Below, piece after piece: positions 60,309 through 64,000 of a DNA stretch of 64,000 bases. This stretch comes from an uncultured Acidobacteriota bacterium (lineage in GTDB: Bacteria > Acidobacteriota > UBA6911): the NCBI GenBank assembly GCA_963843575.1, contig CAWJKZ010000013.1:766891-830890 (forward strand), read 5' to 3'. The notes beneath the pieces are model-generated. The model did no database searches. It was not told the DNA's origin and worked only from the letters and a program-made list of their open reading frames with translations. Position 1 is the first letter of the stretch; each line of letters opens with the position of its first letter. Made by a program: the position numbers and the translations under genes.

Positions 60309-62174
60309 ATGTCCGAGACAACCGCCCCCCCCGCCACTGCAGTCGAAGCCAGGGAAGTCGCCGAATCGGCGCGCGAGACCGAGTGGACGCAACCGAGTTT
60401 TGTCCGGGAACTGTTTCTGGGCCGCCTGCGGCTCGACCTGATCCACCCGCACCCCGAGCAGGATCCGGAGGACGAGGTTCGGTCGCGCGAGTTCATGGTT
60501 CGCCTCGAGGAATTCCTGCGGTCGGAGGTCGACAGCGACGCCATCGACCGTGAGGGGTGTATCCCCGAGGGGGTGGTTGACGGGCTGAGGCGGCTGGGCG
60601 CCTTCGGCATGAAGATCCCGCGCGAGTACGGCGGGCTTGGATTCTCGCAACTGGCCTACAACCGCGTCATGCAGCTGGTCACCACCTTCGACGGCAGCCT
60701 GACCGCGCTTCTGTCGGCGCACCAGTCCATCGGGGTGCCTCAACCGCTGAAGCTCTTCGGCACGCCCGAGCAGAAACGGAGATACCTGCCCAGGCTCGCC
60801 CGGGGCGCCATCAGCGCATTTGCCCTGACCGAGGTGAACGCCGGCTCGGATCCCGCGAACATGTCCACGACCGCCGTTCCCACTCCCGACGGCGAGGCCT
60901 TCATTCTCAACGGCGAAAAACTCTGGTGCACGAACGGCACCCGGGCCGAGCTGCTGGTGGTGATGGCCCGGACGCCGTCGCGCGTCGTCGACGGGCGGGA
61001 GAAGCGCCAGATCACCGCCTTCATCGTGGAAACCGGCTGGCCCGGAGTCGAGGTCGCGCACCGCTGCCATTTCATGGGGCTGAAGGCGATCGAAAACGGG
61101 GTCATCCGCTTCCGCGACGTCCGGGTGCCGCGCGGGAACGTCCTTTGGAAGGAGGGGGCCGGGTTGAAGCTCGCCCTCACGACCCTGAACACCGGGCGGT
61201 TGACCCTGCCGTCGAGCGCCACCGGGGTCGCGAAGACCGCGCTTGCGATCTGCCGTACCTGGGCGAACGAACGCGTGCAGTGGGGGCTACCCATAGGCAG
61301 GCACGAAGCCGTCGCGGAAAAAATCGCCCGGATGGCTTCCAGCACCTTCGCCATGGAAGCGATATCGGAGCTGTGCGCCGCCCTCGTGGACCGCGGCGGC
61401 TACGATATCCGCCTGGAAGCGGCTGTGGCGAAGATGTTCAACTCCGAAGCGGGCTGGCGCATCGTGGACGACGCGGTCCAGATCCGGGGCGGGCGCGGGT
61501 ACGAAACCGCCGACTCGTTGCGGGCGCGCGGCGAGAAACCGGTCCCCGTCGAACGGATGATGCGCGATTACCGCATCAACCTGATTTTCGAGGGGTCGAG
61601 CGAGATCATGCGCCTGTTCCTGGCGCGCGAAGCCGTGGACTTTCACCTGCAGCTGGCGGGCGACCTCGTCGACCCCGGAGCGCGGGGCGGAGCGAAGGCG
61701 CGGGCGCTCGCCAAGGCAGGATGGTTCTACGCCCGGTGGTACCCCCGTCTCTGGATCGGCCCCGGTTACATCGCGGGCTACGGCGAATTCGGTGGGCTGG
61801 CGACCCACCTGCGCTTCGTCGAACGCTCCTGCCGCAGACTCGCCAGGACCCTGCTGTACGCCATGGTGCGCTTCGGCCCGAAACTCGAGAGGAAACAGAT
61901 GACCCTGTTCAGGTTCGTCGACATCGGGGCCGAACTCTTCGCGATGACGGCCACGTGCATCCGGGCAAGCCTGATGCAGCGGAAGGGCCAAAACGGCGAG
62001 GAAGCGGCGCACCTGGCGGATCACTTCTGCCGGCTCGCGCGCGCCAGGGTGCGGGCATCCTTCCGCTCCGTCTTCCGCAACCAGGACACCGCCGGCTACC
62101 GTCTGGCGCTTCAGGTCCTGGAAGGCAAACACCTCTGGCTGGAATCGGTGGCGGACCTCAAACGCACCCGGTAG
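60309..62174 (+). CDS. Acyl-CoA dehydrogenase (ACAD9/VLCAD-like)
   Basis: [43 protein letters not shown]. Confidence 0.94.
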   Translation: MSETTAPPATAVEAREVAESARETEWTQPSFVRELFLGRLRLDLIHPHPEQDPEDEVRSREFMVRLEEFLRSEVDSDAIDREGCIPEGVVDGLRRLGAFGMKIPREYGGLGFSQLAYNRVMQLVTTFDGSLTALLSAHQSIGVPQPLKLFGTPEQKRRYLPRLARGAISAFALTEVNAGSDPANMSTTAVPTPDGEAFILNGEKLWCTNGTRAELLVVMARTPSRVVDGREKRQITAFIVETGWPGVEVAHRCHFMGLKAIENGVIRFRDVRVPRGNVLWKEGAGLKLALTTLNTGRLTLPSSATGVAKTALAICRTWANERVQWGLPIGRHEAVAEKIARMASSTFAMEAISELCAALVDRGGYDIRLEAAVAKMFNSEAGWRIVDDAVQIRGGRGYETADSLRARGEKPVPVERMMRDYRINLIFEGSSEIMRLFLAREAVDFHLQLAGDLVDPGARGGAKARALAKAGWFYARWYPRLWIGPGYIAGYGEFGGLATHLRFVERSCRRLARTLLYAMVRFGPKLERKQMTLFRFVDIGAELFAMTATCIRASLMQRKGQNGEEAAHLADHFCRLARARVRASFRSVFRNQDTAGYRLALQVLEGKHLWLESVADLKRTR

Positions 62175-62208
62175 TCCCTGCGGTACCCGGCGGCGCGGTT
62201 CTTACCCC

Positions 62209-63544
62209 TCACGCGAGGTCGAAGATGGTGGCGGGCTTCGAGCCGTGCAGCGAGGCGTACAGACGCAGCGCGTCCATGTCGGTCAGCAGCGCCAGGAAGT
62301 TGCACACGCCGCGCGCGACCTCCAACTCCCCCGAGGCTGTGCAGGCGTCGATGATGGGCCTGTAGTAGCTCGGGAACAGCGCGCTGTTCTTTCCTACCAG
62401 GACCTCCTCCAACAGGACGTCGAAGAGTTCCTTCAGGATGACTTTGCCTTTGCCGCTCATGGCTGCGACCCGCGGCTCGGTGATCACGGCTTCCCAGACG
62501 ATTGCCTTGCACAGCGCGGACGTGATGCGGGGCTCGCCCGGGACGACAAGGCGCCAGGCGAAGTCGACGCGGGGCGCGCCCCGCTCCGGACGGACGGAAA
62601 CGGAGGTGATCAGGCCGTTCAGGAGATCGCGCAGCGCCTGCTTCCGGTGCGCCCGCTCGTCGCCGGAGCGCGGCGGGCGGATGCGGAGCGCGAGATCTCT
62701 CATCCGCGCACGGCTGTCTGGGAAATCCAGCTTCGGGGCGGCCTCCCCCTCGCGCGCCTCCTCGTACCGGCGGCAGACACGGCGCACGAAACGGGTGTCC
62801 TCGAGGTCGCTTGCGCCGAGGAACCGCGCCTGGAGGGCGTCTTCGATGTCGTGAATCGAATAGGCGCAATCGTCCGCCCAGTCCAGGATCTGGCACGTGA
62901 TCGACGTGGGCGGGCGGTGCCCCTCCCGGCGGGAGCCGAGAAGCCCTCCGGCCTGGTCGAGCGCCCAGCCCGCGGTGTCGGCGTCGCGGGAGAAGATGAA
63001 CTTGTCGTTGCCCGCGTCCTGCTCGTACGGGTACTTCATCACACCGGCCAGGGTCGCGCGCGTGAGGTTCAAGCCCCGGGTAGTCGGGGGACTTGGGCTC
63101 ACCCGCCACCAGGATGTGGAATGTCTGCGCGTTCCCCTCGAACCGGAGCGTCTCCCGCCCGCAGAGGCGGGCCGAGCGGCTCACCTCGCGCATGCAAGCG
63201 TCCAACGCCCGCTCGCCCGCGTGTCCGAACGGCGGGTGGCCGAGGTCGTGCGCGAGGGCGGCGGCCTCGGGGAGCTCCGGGGTGAGGCAGGCCGCCAGGC
63301 CGTCCTCCTCGGCAAGCATGTTGTGGGCGATCCCGCGGGCGATCTGAGCCGCTTCGATGCTGTGCGTCAACCGGGTCCGGTAGAAGTCCGCCTGCCCGAT
63401 GCCGAACACCTGGGTCTTGCCCTGCAGCCTGCGGAACGCGGCACTGTGCAGGATCCGGTCGCGGTCGCGTTCGGTGGGATGCCGGTGGTCGCGCGGCGAG
63501 TTGGGCGGCTCCGGGTAGAGTCGCGCCAGGAGAAAGGGATCCAT
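62209..63544 (-). CDS. dgt: dGTP triphosphohydrolase (HD domain), frameshift ~63075
   Basis: [62 protein letters not shown]. Confidence 0.92.
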
Positions 63545-63605
63545 CCTTTCTATACAGCTGCGGGATGTGGTAGTGCGACTCCGAGGCATTCGGCGGCCTG
63601 GGTCC

Positions 63606-64000
63606 CTACAGATTGTAGATGCGCGTCAGTTCGGTTTTCAGGTACTGGAACGCTTCCACCGGGTCGTTCGAACGGTGCAGCAGGTCGAGGTCCTCCGGCG
63701 AGATGGTGCCCCAGCGGACCATTGCGTCGAGGTTCAGCACGTCGTCCCAGTAGTCGGTGCCGTACATCAGGACGGGCAGGCGCTTGCGGGTTTTCCCGGT
63801 CTGCACGAGCGTCAGGACCTCGAACATCTCGTCCATCGTGCCAAAACCGCCGGGAAAGACCACCAGGGCCTTGGCAAGGTACACGAACCAGAATTTCCGC
63901 ATGAAGAAGTAGTGGAACTCGAAGGCCAGCCCCCCGGGAACGTAGGGGTTTACCTTCTGTTCGAGCGGCAGGCTGATGGAGAACCCGACCGACTGGCTGC
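63606..64000 (-). CDS. LOG/TIGR00730 family protein (C-terminal part, truncated by window end)
   Basis: [29 protein letters not shown]. Confidence 0.92.
   Translation of the reverse strand, partial: SQSVGFSISLPLEQKVNPYVPGGLAFEFHYFFMRKFWFVYLAKALVVFPGGFGTMDEMFEVLTLVQTGKTRKRLPVLMYGTDYWDDVLNLDAMVRWGTISPEDLDLLHRSNDPVEAFQYLKTELTRIYNL

Overview
GC-rich bacterial chromosomal window; gene content and repeat style suggest Acidobacteriota (inference). It holds about 51 protein-coding loci and no recognisable rRNA, tRNA or CRISPR array. Many genes carry apparent small-indel frameshifts, densest at 40.2-45.5 kb. These look like long-read assembly errors, so several ORF-track calls are split or falsely fused. 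Main contents: (1) thiC (partial) and ilvD; (2) a divergent 2.4-14.5 kb sugar/amino-sugar cluster (GNAT, ExuT-like MFS, probable galactokinase-nucleotidyltransferase fusion, secreted BNR propeller | small barrel protein, atypical NagB, PfkB, M20 deacylase, secreted amidohydrolase); (3) a decayed RHS-primase-recombinase element remnant; (4) a YhaO/YhaN-type nuclease-ATPase pair; (5) assorted metabolic genes; (6) a heparinase II/III-like protein with an inserted membrane hairpin; (7) an ImuA-less DUF72-imuB-dnaE2 mutagenesis cassette with a candidate SOS box; (8) an oxidoreductase plus class III aminotransferase pair; (9) an ECF sigma/anti-sigma module, arfB, an acyl-CoA dehydrogenase, dgt and a partial LOG-family gene. 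At least three families of short REP-like palindromes and candidate sigma28 and ECF promoters are visible. All family assignments come from motif recognition; no database search was run.
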